64,000 nt of DNA. Source: Candidatus Thorarchaeota archaeon. GTDB lineage: Archaea > Asgardarchaeota > Thorarchaeia > Thorarchaeales > Thorarchaeaceae. Location of the stretch: positions 32,001-96,000 of the forward strand of contig JBHLRZ010000006.1 in the NCBI GenBank assembly GCA_048882045.1, given 5' to 3'. The notes beneath the pieces are model-generated. The model worked only from the letters and a program-made list of their open reading frames with translations. It had not been told where the DNA came from and ran no database searches. Shown here piece after piece: positions 19,566 through 30,753 of this stretch. The stretch's first letter is position 1. Each line of letters begins with the position of its first letter. Made by a program: the position numbers and the translations under genes.

Positions 19566-19724
19566 CGAGAATTACTTGACGAAGACATAGAATAGGGTGT
19601 GTACTACACCCGCAATTCTAACGTAACACTAACTCGGGTTGGAAATGTGGTCATCCTCGAGACCTGACTACCTCAACAACTCCCGAAGCGCCACATTCTA
19701 TGAGAGCATAGGCCTTATGGACAT

Positions 19725-20327
19725 TCAATTGTCCGTGTATAGGTCTTCATCCTTTTCCTCGTCGTAGCCCCACTCCACTATCGTGTCACTGTCAGTTGGG
19801 AGGAAAGTACCAGCTACAAAGTATCCACCGATAGCCATGATTAAACCGATAATGTTCATTGATCCTCCAATTCCAACATAGATTTTTGAATCGCTCATCT
19901 GCTCAATTCCCAAATCGACAAGTGAAGTGCCATAAACACGGTCCATCGTCAGAGTGTAATTACCTGGATCGATATCAATTATCATACTCGCTTCGTAGAA
20001 GGTTGAATCAGGCGTTTCCACAATGTGCTCTGCAGTAAGCGTGAAATTCACTGTATATGTGTCAAGAGTCGAGTTCTCAACAAAGACTATGTCTATGTAT
20101 ATTGGCGTAGTATTTCCAGGACGCACAGAAACTGAAACCTCGAGTTGTGGATAGTACCCCTGCGAATCCCATACGGAAAAGGTTCGTTGGGCATTCTGGG
20201 TTACTGCGAGATTCACATAGTGATAAGGCGCCATTAGAACAATGGCACCACCCAACAGAATTATGAAAGCTCCGCCAAAATAGAGGAACGCTTTCTTGCT
20301 TAACCAGATACTACCCATTCGCATCAA
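19725..20327 (-). CDS. membrane protein (2 TM flanking an extracellular beta-rich domain)
   Basis: N- and C-terminal hydrophobic helices, acidic tail. Confidence 0.75.
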   Translation of the reverse strand: MMRMGSIWLSKKAFLYFGGAFIILLGGAIVLMAPYHYVNLAVTQNAQRTFSVWDSQGYYPQLEVSVSVRPGNTTPIYIDIVFVENSTLDTYTVNFTLTAEHIVETPDSTFYEASMIIDIDPGNYTLTMDRVYGTSLVDLGIEQMSDSKIYVGIGGSMNIIGLIMAIGGYFVAGTFLPTDSDTIVEWGYDEEKDEDLYTDN

Positions 20328-20396
20328 CTATATTCAGCCCTGCGTAATTAGATATAGATGTAACGACCTGTGTAATCTTATGGAGAGGCTTCTAAA

Positions 20397-22061
20397 GTGA
20401 CTGACTTTGTTGAACTGGCAAAGGTGCTTGATAGCATAGCAGATACAACAAAGCGAACTCTGAAGATTAGAATAGCAGGAGAATTCCTTCGAGGAGTAGA
20501 TCCGGATGAGATAGGCCAGACTGCTTTATTTTTGAGTGGAAGAATCTTCGCTGAGAGAGATCAACGTGTGTTGAATTTATCATGGAGGGGACTTCTCAAT
20601 GCCATAGGATCTCTGATGGATTTGAAAGATGACAGTGTTTCCAGTGTATATGAGGGAGATGTTGGAGAAGCAATAGCAACATTAGTTGAGGAATATGGAA
20701 AGACTAGGCAGACAACACTATTTTCGGAACCTCTCACGATTGGATCTGTTTGGAAAACTGCACTGAAGATTGCTGATACCAAAGGTAAAGGATCTGTTAA
20801 AGAGCGAGAAGCACTCATTGCTAGTCTCTTCGTGGAGGCATCTCCAAGAGAAGCTAGGTATCTCGCAGCTCTCTTCCTGGCAGATATGCGTACAGGACTG
20901 TCTGAAGGACTCCTGGTAGAGAGTATAGCATTTGCCTACGAAATCAGTCCCACGATTGTAAGACGTGCATGGAGTTTCATCGGAGACCTCGGAGAAGTAG
21001 CCAGACTCGCATATGATGGTGAAGCACTAGACAAAATAAATGTAAAAGTGATGCGTGCAGTGAAACCAATGCTTGCCAGCCCCTCTGATGATGTTGGATC
21101 CTTGCTTGATTCTACAACCGGATTCTCCTTTGAAATGAAACTAGATGGAGCAAGAGTACAGATTCATAAAGAGGAGGATAGGGTGAAGATCTTCTCTAGA
21201 AGACTCATTGATGTAACTGAGAGTCTTCCAGACATAGTTGAGATTGTCCAGAACACCATTTCAGCTAGAAGGATAATTCTTGATGGTGAAGTACTCGCCG
21301 TTGATGAATCTGGAAAACCGTATCCATTCCAGGTTGTTATGACTAGATTTGGTCGGACACGTGATATTGATGTTGCACATCAAGACACCAGGCTGAAACT
21401 GGTGCTATTTGACATCCTTCTCCTTGATGATGATCATCTTGTAGACAGCCCTTATTCTGAGCGACGGCTAAGTCTTGAGAATTCTGTATCAAGTGAATTT
21501 GTCATTGAAAGGTTGGTTTCGGACGATGTTGAAGAAGTGAATGATTACTTCAGAAAGAGTCGAGAGTCAGGTCATGAAGGACTTGTTGCCAAGTCAATGC
21601 AATCTCCATATGAACCGGGAGTCAGAGGAAAACATTGGTTCAAAATAAAACACACACTCGAAACAATGGATCTGATGATTATTGCAGCTGAGTGGGGTCA
21701 TGGGAGGAGGAATAAATGGCTGTCAGACTATCATCTCGCCGTAAGAGATGAGGCAACTGACCAGTTCGTGATGATTGGGAAAACCTACAAAGGCCTCACG
21801 GATGCAGAATTTGAACAGATAACACAGGACCTCAAAAAGTTAGAGATCTCACAGCGCAGAGGTGTTGTCCAAGTCAGACCGGAGATAGTTGTCGAAGTCC
21901 TTGCGGCTGAAATCCAAGAGAGTCCCACTTACTCTTCTGGATACGCACTTAGGTTTGCACGCATTATCAACATTCGTGAAGACAAAGGTCCTGAGGATGT
22001 GATGACACTTGAAGAACTCGAGAAGGTGTTCAATGACCAGTTCAGATACAAGGCTCGTTGA
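20397..22061 (+). CDS. lig: ATP-dependent DNA ligase
   Basis: KPMLA, motif I EMKLDGARVQIH, ILDGE, FDILL, EGLVAK, WFKIK, ALRFAR..REDK. Confidence 0.96.
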   Translation: MTDFVELAKVLDSIADTTKRTLKIRIAGEFLRGVDPDEIGQTALFLSGRIFAERDQRVLNLSWRGLLNAIGSLMDLKDDSVSSVYEGDVGEAIATLVEEYGKTRQTTLFSEPLTIGSVWKTALKIADTKGKGSVKEREALIASLFVEASPREARYLAALFLADMRTGLSEGLLVESIAFAYEISPTIVRRAWSFIGDLGEVARLAYDGEALDKINVKVMRAVKPMLASPSDDVGSLLDSTTGFSFEMKLDGARVQIHKEEDRVKIFSRRLIDVTESLPDIVEIVQNTISARRIILDGEVLAVDESGKPYPFQVVMTRFGRTRDIDVAHQDTRLKLVLFDILLLDDDHLVDSPYSERRLSLENSVSSEFVIERLVSDDVEEVNDYFRKSRESGHEGLVAKSMQSPYEPGVRGKHWFKIKHTLETMDLMIIAAEWGHGRRNKWLSDYHLAVRDEATDQFVMIGKTYKGLTDAEFEQITQDLKKLEISQRRGVVQVRPEIVVEVLAAEIQESPTYSSGYALRFARIINIREDKGPEDVMTLEELEKVFNDQFRYKAR

Positions 22062-22124
22062 GTGGTTTATATACTCAAGAAGATACACTAAATTGTAGTC
22101 AATTAGACTGTAGGTCGGGGGCAC

Positions 22125-23219
22125 ATGTTAATGGGACGGAAACAGCAGATATCACATCTAATTCCAAAGAACCATTTCTGCTCACTATCGATGTTCCGTG
22201 AAGAGCCACTGATCAATTGGACTTTTACAAGATCTGTTCTCTTCACTGCTTACGATGTATATAGGAGCAACGACTTCTGGTTAGATTCAGTCATCAGTTC
22301 TGGAGTCACATTGAAGGAGGCATTGGTCGAACTCGGCTTTCCTAAGACCAACACAATCATAGCAGACACAGGCATCTTCGAGATGGAAGCAAAGAGGGCT
22401 GGAATCGCGCGAAATCTTGGAATCCACGTTGATATCGAACTGTCAAACGACCAAATCTTCGAAGCCTATGAACTATCGGGTGCTGATTATTTTGTGTCAC
22501 CTGATGTGATTGTACTTCCTACCGATCAACCAGATACAATACACAACAAAATCAACACTATGATGTCTAACTTGAACGATCTGCTGGAGAGAGTCAGTCC
22601 CACCAAGGTGATTGCAGTAATTCAGGGACATCAACAAAGCATCATAGACAATCAGCTTGATTTCTACAGAGAGAATGATGTCAGATGTTATGCTATGGGA
22701 GGGGTAATTCCGTTGTATCATCATGATAAGAAGCTGTTAGAGAAAACACTGGAATATGTTAGAGGAGAAACTCGGGATGACTGGCTACATGTTTTTGGGC
22801 TTCCAAGAATCGGGCTATTATCGTACTATCTAAGAGATATGGGATTTGACAGCGTCGATACCTCAATGCTGTTGTATATGTCAGCTAGGAGAAAGTATAT
22901 GGAAGGTCTAAATCCAATAACTGTGAAGGATGCAACATTCGAAAAGTGTGGTTGTCCAGGTTGTACTGAGCTTGTTGCTTTGAAGCATGCGGCTCAAAGT
23001 TCGGAATTCTTTGTCAATCTATATATCCATAACATCATTACAGCTGCGAGGGAGTCGCTTCGCCTTTCAAATGGGAGTTCAAAGTTGCAAGAAGTTCCGC
23101 TTAAAGTCTATCCAGAGAATGCAAGGTCTATTTCAAACATCGACGAGAATCCAATATCGGGAACCTATGAATTGGAATGGATGAGAGCGGATGAAACAAT
23201 GTCTGAGAACAGAGAATAG
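22125..23219 (+). CDS. tRNA-guanine transglycosylase superfamily protein (arcTGT/DpdA-like catalytic domain only)
   Basis: ADTGIFE, SPD, VIQG, AMGGVIP, HVFG, DSVDTS, Zn site CGCPGC..IHN. Confidence 0.78.
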   Translation: MLMGRKQQISHLIPKNHFCSLSMFREEPLINWTFTRSVLFTAYDVYRSNDFWLDSVISSGVTLKEALVELGFPKTNTIIADTGIFEMEAKRAGIARNLGIHVDIELSNDQIFEAYELSGADYFVSPDVIVLPTDQPDTIHNKINTMMSNLNDLLERVSPTKVIAVIQGHQQSIIDNQLDFYRENDVRCYAMGGVIPLYHHDKKLLEKTLEYVRGETRDDWLHVFGLPRIGLLSYYLRDMGFDSVDTSMLLYMSARRKYMEGLNPITVKDATFEKCGCPGCTELVALKHAAQSSEFFVNLYIHNIITAARESLRLSNGSSKLQEVPLKVYPENARSISNIDENPISGTYELEWMRADETMSENRE

Positions 23220-23291
23220 GTGACTCGAACCGCAGTGTTTATAATTAGTACATGCCGGCTGTTGGTGCATACGCACACGGAGTCCCCCGAA

Positions 23292-23681
23292 ATGTGGACA
23301 GAAATAACGCTATTACCTTTCTTACTCATCCTGATAGTCTTCTTCCTGCTTTGGCTGACCCATGAGGGACAACGCTGGCAGAAGCATCCTCAGTTAGGCA
23401 TTTTTGGCCGGTTCATTCAGGCATCTCCGAAAAGGGCGTTCCTTTCGTTCTTGTTCTTGTTCTTGCTATTGATTCCTGCGTCACTTCTTCTCATGTCAGG
23501 AGTCTGGTTGGATGCTTTAGGGACACCTCTAGGTCCGCAGAGAGTTGACGTTGTAAACGTGATGTTGTCGCTGTTCTTGGTCTTAGCATTCACATTTCCA
23601 GTAATGTGGAGTTCACTCGGAACTTGGCGTCAGGCTAAGCGTGCAGAAGCTGAGATGAGAGTTCGACCAACTGGAATGTAA
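23292..23681 (+). CDS. membrane protein (3 TM)
   Basis: Three hydrophobic helices; start refined from track 23220. Confidence 0.7.
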   Translation: MWTEITLLPFLLILIVFFLLWLTHEGQRWQKHPQLGIFGRFIQASPKRAFLSFLFLFLLLIPASLLLMSGVWLDALGTPLGPQRVDVVNVMLSLFLVLAFTFPVMWSSLGTWRQAKRAEAEMRVRPTGM

Positions 23682-23758
23682 TTTCCATATTGACTATGGC
23701 TGATAGTCCAACTGCTGGGCTATCTCGCCATTTCGTTGTGTAGGGAGAGGATGTTACT

Positions 23759-24670
23759 TTGGTCTTCACCAAAATTGCTGATTCAGTCTTTGTTGTTATT
23801 GGTGGTTCCTTCCCTAGATGCAACACGGTTGTTGTACTTGCTGATGAGGTTGTGGTAATCGATCCAGGATGCGCAGTTGAGGACCTTAGAGGATTCCTAA
23901 TGAAACAGAATCTCGAACTCAGAAATATAGGTACAATCATTCTTACTCACATACATCCAGACCACATCATTCATACCATGAGATTGAACAGACTCTCAGG
24001 ATGTAGGATAGCAGCCAATGAGATTACAGCTCCATTGTTCAATGAGAAAGAAGAGATGAAGAAGTTCCTTGGTTTTCACAAGGGAAATCCGGTTCGAAAG
24101 ATGTGGGAAAAACTAGTCAACGAGAAAATGTATGGAGCTCTTGATGAGGGACGAGTTGATGAGATTGTCAAGAATAGAAGTAGTCTTAATCTTGGAACAA
24201 TAACACTGAGAACCCTCTACACACCAGGACATATCCCGGATCACATGTGTATAGAGATTCTCGAACCAAACATTATCTTTGGTTCAGATCTGGACCTCAC
24301 AGAGTTTGGACCATACTATGGTCATCCCAATAGCTCCATACCAGATTTTAAGGAGTCAATACGCAAAGTGCAGCATGGAAAGTATAAGGGACTCATAAGT
24401 GGGCATCTTAGAGAACCTCTTGTCTTGGACTATCAGGACCGTTTGTCCGCATATGCACGTCAGATTGGAATGAGGGAGGACTTGGTCTACTCAGCAATTC
24501 TGGAGGGTGCCAAATCGATCCCAGAGATTATTGTAAATCCTATCATCTACCCCTCGTTAACAGATCCAGTATACCTCCAATTCGAAACGTGGATGATTGA
24601 ACACCATGTCGCTTCATTGATTGATAACGGTCTCATAGAGGATGACCGTGGAAAGCTGAAGCCAGTCTAG
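23759..24670 (+). CDS. MBL-fold metallo-hydrolase
   Basis: IDPG, THIHPDH, TPGH, GSD, ISGH. Confidence 0.9.
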   Translation: MVFTKIADSVFVVIGGSFPRCNTVVVLADEVVVIDPGCAVEDLRGFLMKQNLELRNIGTIILTHIHPDHIIHTMRLNRLSGCRIAANEITAPLFNEKEEMKKFLGFHKGNPVRKMWEKLVNEKMYGALDEGRVDEIVKNRSSLNLGTITLRTLYTPGHIPDHMCIEILEPNIIFGSDLDLTEFGPYYGHPNSSIPDFKESIRKVQHGKYKGLISGHLREPLVLDYQDRLSAYARQIGMREDLVYSAILEGAKSIPEIIVNPIIYPSLTDPVYLQFETWMIEHHVASLIDNGLIEDDRGKLKPV

Positions 24671-25329
24671 AGAATCACTGGCAGACCAAGTAAAATTTGC
24701 ATGATTACAATAGGGATTAGTGCACAGAGGAGTCCTTCTACCAAGTTTGACCTGAAACGAACAAGGGGAATAAGAAATCCAACTCTTTGTCGGTAGTCCT
24801 TCCACTCATCTCCAAATGTATTATCAAGATGAGCCTCTTCAATCCAAGCAATAGCAACATATGCGAAGAGCGTTGCATACCACAACACCAGGGTCTGGTC
24901 TGCAGAAAGCCAGCCCATGCCGAAAGTGTTTCTCAGGATCCAAACACTTGGATAAGTCATCATGGTTGTGAAGATGATAAGTGCAAAATATTGAGGATGA
25001 CGAACGAATCTATAGGGTCCTGTTGTTACGAGGCCCCCAGTTTTTGTTCGCCAGAGATGAATAACAGAGTATAGCAGCAGTACAAATCCCAACGCAGCAA
25101 CGATGAGAACGACCCAGTTTTCTAACCTTGTGTAATCAGGTAAGGTAGGGGGAGCAACTGAGATGTTACCGAACATTAGCATCAGGTAAACGATGAATGG
25201 TACAGTCATAAGACCGCTCCATGCAGCAAGTGGAGGTAAAGAAGACATCAGAGGTAATAGATAACCAACAATACCAGTAAGTTTCTGAACTATTCTGTCG
25301 CGAAGATTCTTGATCTCCATTATGGTCAC
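24667..25329 (-). CDS. isoprenylcysteine carboxyl methyltransferase/PEMT family membrane protein
   Basis: LVTTGPYRFVRHPQY, EEAHL..FGDEWKDYRQRV. Confidence 0.85.
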   Translation of the reverse strand: MTIMEIKNLRDRIVQKLTGIVGYLLPLMSSLPPLAAWSGLMTVPFIVYLMLMFGNISVAPPTLPDYTRLENWVVLIVAALGFVLLLYSVIHLWRTKTGGLVTTGPYRFVRHPQYFALIIFTTMMTYPSVWILRNTFGMGWLSADQTLVLWYATLFAYVAIAWIEEAHLDNTFGDEWKDYRQRVGFLIPLVRFRSNLVEGLLCALIPIVIMQILLGLPVIL

Positions 25330-25420
25330 CTATCCACGATTTGAACATATATAGCTCCGTTGGAACGCTTATCTACTGTAACTTCCAAGCATGAATGTAG
25401 TATTTGACTGAGGGATAATT

Positions 25421-25990
25421 ATGCTACAAATGAGCAATGGTGAACCTGAAGCAGGACTTCCAGTCTGGAGATTAAATCAGATTCTTCTGATTCTTCAGGT
25501 CAGATTGGAATCCATAATGTATGACAAAAATAGAGAGTCAAAAATTCCAATCTCGTGGAGTGTTTTGCACATGCATACAACAACTCAACTGGCGAAACTA
25601 CTTGCCATTAAACGAGGATTTGATGTTGAGCTTGCTGCAATGATTGCTGCATTTCACGATGTCTATTCGTATCATACGGGCAAGTGGGAGAATCATGGAA
25701 AGTTGGCTAAGCCATATATTCATGAGATTGTCAACGAATACAATGAGGTGTGGGGGGATCAGCTTGGCATAATCACCGAAGAAGAGGTCAAACACATCGT
25801 CAAGGCAATAAAAGACCATTCTAACAAAGAGAAGGTTGTCAAAGACCGATATACTGAATTGCTGAAAGATGTCGATTGCTTTGACTCATATCTCCACGGA
25901 TTCGAACCAACGGGATTCCATCTTGAAAGAGTGTCGAGAGTATTTGAAGAGCTTGGGTTTTCCCAAGAAGAAAGTAGCTTCGTTCTATAG
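25421..25990 (+). CDS. HD-domain protein
   Basis: H..LAKLLA..RG, AAFHDV, ENHG, AIKDHS, LLKDVD. Confidence 0.8.
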   Translation: MLQMSNGEPEAGLPVWRLNQILLILQVRLESIMYDKNRESKIPISWSVLHMHTTTQLAKLLAIKRGFDVELAAMIAAFHDVYSYHTGKWENHGKLAKPYIHEIVNEYNEVWGDQLGIITEEEVKHIVKAIKDHSNKEKVVKDRYTELLKDVDCFDSYLHGFEPTGFHLERVSRVFEELGFSQEESSFVL

Positions 25991-26521
25991 TAGAAGCTCC
26001 ATTTGGGTGTGCTGTGTTTCTGGTTGTGCTTCACCCAAGTTATCCAGCGGCACTTCAATAAAACCAGCAGACTGGTATAGTTGAATTGCATATGGAAAAT
26101 GCTCTGAAGTATCAAGTCGAAGTTTCTTGAAACCGAATTCCTTTCCCTTTGAGATAAGCTGATGAAGTATCTCAGTGCCTACTCCTCTACCTCGATACGA
26201 TGATTGGAGGAACATTCGTGTAATTTCTCCAACACCGTGAAGAAATTCATGTATTGCTCCCATTCCTACTATTTTTCCTTGGTCCTCAATCAAGAGGATA
26301 ATACCAGAGGGAGGGTGGATTTTCACAAATTCTTCAAGGAAACTAGATACGTATCCCTCAATTGTATCTCCTAGAACTTTTTCAAAATCAAGATTCAATG
26401 CAGTCCGAAATCTATCAGCCACCCATGTAACATACTCTACATTCAATCGGTACAAATCGGACTCCTGAGCATCACGGTTGAACTCGATAATCTGCACCAA
26501 TTTAAGCCTCTCCAAAAACAA
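25985..26521 (-). CDS. GNAT family N-acetyltransferase
   Basis: EITRMF, YRGRGVG, LRLDT, AIQLYQSAGF. Confidence 0.88.
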   Translation of the reverse strand: MFLERLKLVQIIEFNRDAQESDLYRLNVEYVTWVADRFRTALNLDFEKVLGDTIEGYVSSFLEEFVKIHPPSGIILLIEDQGKIVGMGAIHEFLHGVGEITRMFLQSSYRGRGVGTEILHQLISKGKEFGFKKLRLDTSEHFPYAIQLYQSAGFIEVPLDNLGEAQPETQHTQMELLL

Positions 26522-26574
26522 CCTGATAACAATAGTTAAAATTCTTTCCGAGGTCGTTTGTCCGAGGGGTCATT

Positions 26575-28692
26575 ATGACTAGTACTGATAAGAAAAAGAA
26601 GAACCGATTATCGAAAGAGAAGAGTCCGTACCTCCTGCAGCATGAAGACAATCCAGTGGACTGGTACCCCTGGGGAGAGGAGGCATTCGACAAGGCAAAG
26701 AAGGAGGACAAACCAGTGTTTCTTTCGATAGGCTACAGTACTTGTCACTGGTGTCATGTGATGGCACATGAGTCGTTTGAAGACGATGAGGTTGCCATTT
26801 TAATGAATGAGGTGTTTGTCAACATAAAGGTTGACAGAGAGGAACGACCTGACATCGATGGCGTTTACATGGAGGTCGCCCAGATGATCACCGGTAGGGG
26901 CGGCTGGCCTCTTACCATAATCATGACTCCAGATAAACAACCATTCTTCGCTGGAACATACATCCCAAAAGAGAGCAGATACAGCAGTCTAGGGATGAAG
27001 GAACTCATCCCACGAATCAAGGAGATATGGGAGAGTGACCGGGACAACATCAATGAAACCACCAGTCGAATCAAGGACGCTCTTTCAGAAACAAGATATG
27101 CAGGAGAGAAGGAGGACCTATCATTAGACTCAGTTGACCTTGCTTTTTCCCATCTCTCTCAAAGATTTGATGAGAAACAGGGTGGGTTCGGGTCAGCGCC
27201 TAAGTTTCCATCACCTCACAACTTGATGTTAATACTCAGGTACTGGAAGAGGACAGGTGATGAGTGGGCTCTCTTCATGGTGGAGAAGACGCTCCAGGCA
27301 ATGAGGAACGGAGGAATCTTTGATCATATTGGTTTCGGATTCCATCGGTATTCCACCGATGAGAAATGGTTGCTACCACACTTCGAGAAAATGCTATACG
27401 ATCAAGCCAGTCTCATGATGGCTTATACTGAAGTATATCAAATCACGAAAAAACAGGAATACGCCGACATTGTCCGAGAGATCTTCGAATATGTGACTCG
27501 AGACTTGACAGGCCCCGAAGGAGCATTTTATTCAGCTGAAGACGCAGATTCAGAAGGGGAGGAAGGCAAGTTCTACACATGGACAAAGAGTGAGATAGAG
27601 GATATAATCAATGATAAGAATGAAGCTTCAATATTCATGCAGGCCTTCAATATCCATGAGGAAGGAAACTTCGAAGACGAAGCGACTCGAGAAATGAACG
27701 GGCTGAATATTCCTCACCTCAAAGAAAAGGCTGACTTAGATACAGACCTGGGGATAACTAGGGAAGAACTGAAACTACTGCTTGATAAAATCAAGACAAA
27801 CATGTTCGTCCGTAGAGAGATGCGAGTCAGACCTAGTCTTGATGACAAGATATTGACTGACTGGAATGGATTCATGATTGCTGCACTCTCCAAGGCTGGA
27901 GCCATACTAGGAGATGCAAAGTTCATAGAAACTTCAGAAAGAGCACTCAAGTTCATTCTTGATACTATGCTCGATGATGAACGTCGACTCTATCATAGAT
28001 ACAAGGATGGAGAGATAATCATCCAGGCATTTCTCGATGATTATGCGTATCTAGTCTGGGCACTCTTGGAAACTTATGAAGCCACTTTCAAGCCAGAGTA
28101 CTTAGAACAGGCAATAGACCTGACGTTAGACATGCTGGAACATTTCTGGGATGAAGAGGAAGGGGGTCTGTATTTCACTGGTACATATTCAGAGGATCTT
28201 CTAGTCAGAAAGAAGGACGTCTACGATGGGGCAATGCCTTCTGGAAATTCAGTGGCTGCTCTCAACCTGATACGCCTCGCTCGGTTCCTTGGTGATACAA
28301 AACTGGAAGAAAAGGCTGCTGAAACTGTACGAGCATTTTCAGGCATCGTTCCTCGAGCGTACTCAGGTTTCACTATGTTGTTGACCGCAGTGGAGTTCGC
28401 TTATGGCGACTCCTACGAAATTGTGATTGCTGGTAATCCTGATTCAGAAGACACACAGGAGATGATCAGAGCAGTCCGTGACCAATTCATACCCAATCGA
28501 GTCATTCTCCTGAAGGGAACAGAACACCAATCAAAAGAGGTGTCTCAGCTTGCTCCCTATACCAAATTCCATGATACTGTTGGAGGTAAGGCAACAGCAC
28601 ATGTCTGTATCGACTATAACTGTAAGCTTCCAACAAATGATGTAGCGCAACTACTGAAGCTCATCGGAGTTACTGAGATGGCTTCTTCTTGA
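26575..28692 (+). CDS. yyaL: YyaL/SSP411 thioredoxin-domain alpha/alpha toroid protein
   Basis: [47 protein letters not shown]. Confidence 0.93.
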   Translation: MTSTDKKKKNRLSKEKSPYLLQHEDNPVDWYPWGEEAFDKAKKEDKPVFLSIGYSTCHWCHVMAHESFEDDEVAILMNEVFVNIKVDREERPDIDGVYMEVAQMITGRGGWPLTIIMTPDKQPFFAGTYIPKESRYSSLGMKELIPRIKEIWESDRDNINETTSRIKDALSETRYAGEKEDLSLDSVDLAFSHLSQRFDEKQGGFGSAPKFPSPHNLMLILRYWKRTGDEWALFMVEKTLQAMRNGGIFDHIGFGFHRYSTDEKWLLPHFEKMLYDQASLMMAYTEVYQITKKQEYADIVREIFEYVTRDLTGPEGAFYSAEDADSEGEEGKFYTWTKSEIEDIINDKNEASIFMQAFNIHEEGNFEDEATREMNGLNIPHLKEKADLDTDLGITREELKLLLDKIKTNMFVRREMRVRPSLDDKILTDWNGFMIAALSKAGAILGDAKFIETSERALKFILDTMLDDERRLYHRYKDGEIIIQAFLDDYAYLVWALLETYEATFKPEYLEQAIDLTLDMLEHFWDEEEGGLYFTGTYSEDLLVRKKDVYDGAMPSGNSVAALNLIRLARFLGDTKLEEKAAETVRAFSGIVPRAYSGFTMLLTAVEFAYGDSYEIVIAGNPDSEDTQEMIRAVRDQFIPNRVILLKGTEHQSKEVSQLAPYTKFHDTVGGKATAHVCIDYNCKLPTNDVAQLLKLIGVTEMASS

Positions 28693-30184
28693 CCCACCAG
28701 AATGTCACAATCACAAGTGCTGCAACTCCAGCTCCAACGAAAGCGATTATAGGTCCATACACCTGCAGGATTCCACTTGGCCAAATTTGATCAAGTGCCT
28801 CTCCTGCCGCCTGCCATGAATCAGCAATGGTCAACAGCTTTTGACTGATGTCAGTCAGATCCGATTCGTAGGGTGATAATGAGGCATCAAGATCACCAGA
28901 GGCGTTGTAGGAATCTGCAATCCCTCGAAAAGTAGACGCAACATATCCATTTGCTTGTGTTAGATTTCCAGGATAGATGAGAGTTGAGTTGTCTGCGATT
29001 GCATCAAATGCTGGTAAGGCTGCCTCACCCGCTATGATGAAATCTGTGAGGTCAGTATCAGGCATCAGTGATGGGAGTGCATAGAGAGCTGTTCTGAATG
29101 AAAGATATTGTAGTGTTACCTGTGCCTCCACACCAAGACCGATGGTATAGAGAAGGGCTGCTTTGAATCTTACTTCGTCTTCAACTCCATCAAAGAGACT
29201 GAGGTATGATTTCAATCCTTCAGAAGTGAGACCTGTACTAAGCCCGCTGAATCCATTATACCCGAATTGACCAACATAGGCATTTACTGATGTTGGGAAG
29301 TAAATCGTTCCGACACCGAGTAGCTTGTCCCTGATCATTGGTCCCAGCTGACTGTCTATAGAAGCCACTGGTGTAGTGAGAGGCAAGAAAGTACTCGCAA
29401 TGTAGTAACGAGCTGACCAAGCATCAAGCAAGAGTGTATACGAGATTGTCGTGTAGTTCCCTCGACCATCTGAAGGATATCCATAGTTGTCCCCAAATGA
29501 CCCCACACCTGGATCTATGATAGTTGCTAGATTGGCTGTGTCATTGTATCCGACTACAAGAATTCCATGAGCACCACCAGTAAGTCCTTGATCACGAAGG
29601 TAATCGTAATCGGAGGAGGGTAGAAACATTGGATTGACACTGATCAGAAGGGGATATCCACTGTCAACTGTTTGGCGCATAAAGTCCATCGCATGAGTCT
29701 GCCCATCAATGAGTCCGATGTTAATTCCTTGACTGTCGTAGACTTGGACCATCTGTTCAAGATCAGGGATGTCGGTCCCCAGATATTGAGTATAGTTCAC
29801 TCCATAGAGGTTAGCAAGGAAGTGTGTTGGTTCTACCTGCGTAAGTAATGCTCCTGGGAAAACAAGAAACGTGTCATCGAACCGGAAATATGCGAATGAG
29901 AATCCTATTGTCGACAATGCAAAGACATCGTAGAGGTTGAGATCAACTCCTGCGTATTGCATAGCTATTGCGGTAGCGGCCCATGCGCAGAAACCATTGA
30001 TCTCCTGCCAAACATAGTCCCGAGGTTCCAGAAGAGCATCAGTGGATGATGTGATTGTAGGTTCATGTATAGTAACTCCTTGAACACTGATAGGAATTAA
30101 TAGAATCAAGAGGAGTGTGAGGACTGCAATAGAAGAGGAATTCAATCGGGACATATCGAATTCAAATCGTAACCAAGCAATCAT
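28670..30184 (-). CDS. secreted, C-terminally anchored C39-like (papain-fold) peptidase
   Basis: Signal peptide; [23 protein letters not shown]; C-terminal TM followed by KKK. Confidence 0.72.
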   Translation of the reverse strand: MIAWLRFEFDMSRLNSSSIAVLTLLLILLIPISVQGVTIHEPTITSSTDALLEPRDYVWQEINGFCAWAATAIAMQYAGVDLNLYDVFALSTIGFSFAYFRFDDTFLVFPGALLTQVEPTHFLANLYGVNYTQYLGTDIPDLEQMVQVYDSQGINIGLIDGQTHAMDFMRQTVDSGYPLLISVNPMFLPSSDYDYLRDQGLTGGAHGILVVGYNDTANLATIIDPGVGSFGDNYGYPSDGRGNYTTISYTLLLDAWSARYYIASTFLPLTTPVASIDSQLGPMIRDKLLGVGTIYFPTSVNAYVGQFGYNGFSGLSTGLTSEGLKSYLSLFDGVEDEVRFKAALLYTIGLGVEAQVTLQYLSFRTALYALPSLMPDTDLTDFIIAGEAALPAFDAIADNSTLIYPGNLTQANGYVASTFRGIADSYNASGDLDASLSPYESDLTDISQKLLTIADSWQAAGEALDQIWPSGILQVYGPIIAFVGAGVAALVIVTFWWVKKKPSQ

Positions 30185-30278
30185 AAGGATGTCGATGAGG
30201 ACCTCATCTTCATCCTTAGGCTTGTAGAAAGAAACCTTATTGCACAGGTTTCTAGCATTACTTTATCTGGTGACTTGA

Positions 30279-30707
30279 GTGTCTGTCTTTGCACGAATAG
30301 CTGCAGTTGCATTGGCGTTAGTAGTGATTGGGATTGGAGTAGGATACTTCTTTTCGCCATTAATCCCCTCAAGTCCCACATCTGTTCTCATTCAAAATCC
30401 TGAGGAAGGAGTTTACAGATTCACGGGAACTTTGTCTGGTGACGATACTTATCTAATACACTCGTTCCATGTGAACACTAGCGCAACTAACATGCATGTC
30501 ACGCTAGATTGCGGGTTTAATGACTTTGATCTCTACCTTGCGCAAGGCTATACTCCTACATTATATGATTATGATTGGCGTGGATTTGATGTTGGAGGGG
30601 AGGACATTACAATTGATTTTCCCGTGAATGGCATCTGGCATGTCATGGTCAACTCATACACTGGAGCTGGAAACTACTTACTGAATATAGACATCACGTA
30701 CGGATAG
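30279..30707 (+). CDS. membrane-anchored PPC (pre-peptidase C-terminal) domain protein
   Basis: N-terminal TM; DFDLYL..G..PT..DYD, GIWHVMVNSY. Confidence 0.8.
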   Translation: MSVFARIAAVALALVVIGIGVGYFFSPLIPSSPTSVLIQNPEEGVYRFTGTLSGDDTYLIHSFHVNTSATNMHVTLDCGFNDFDLYLAQGYTPTLYDYDWRGFDVGGEDITIDFPVNGIWHVMVNSYTGAGNYLLNIDITYG

Positions 30708-30753
30708 AAAGAGCACTATTTATCAGGTGATTCTTGAGGGTTGCGAGTGACCA

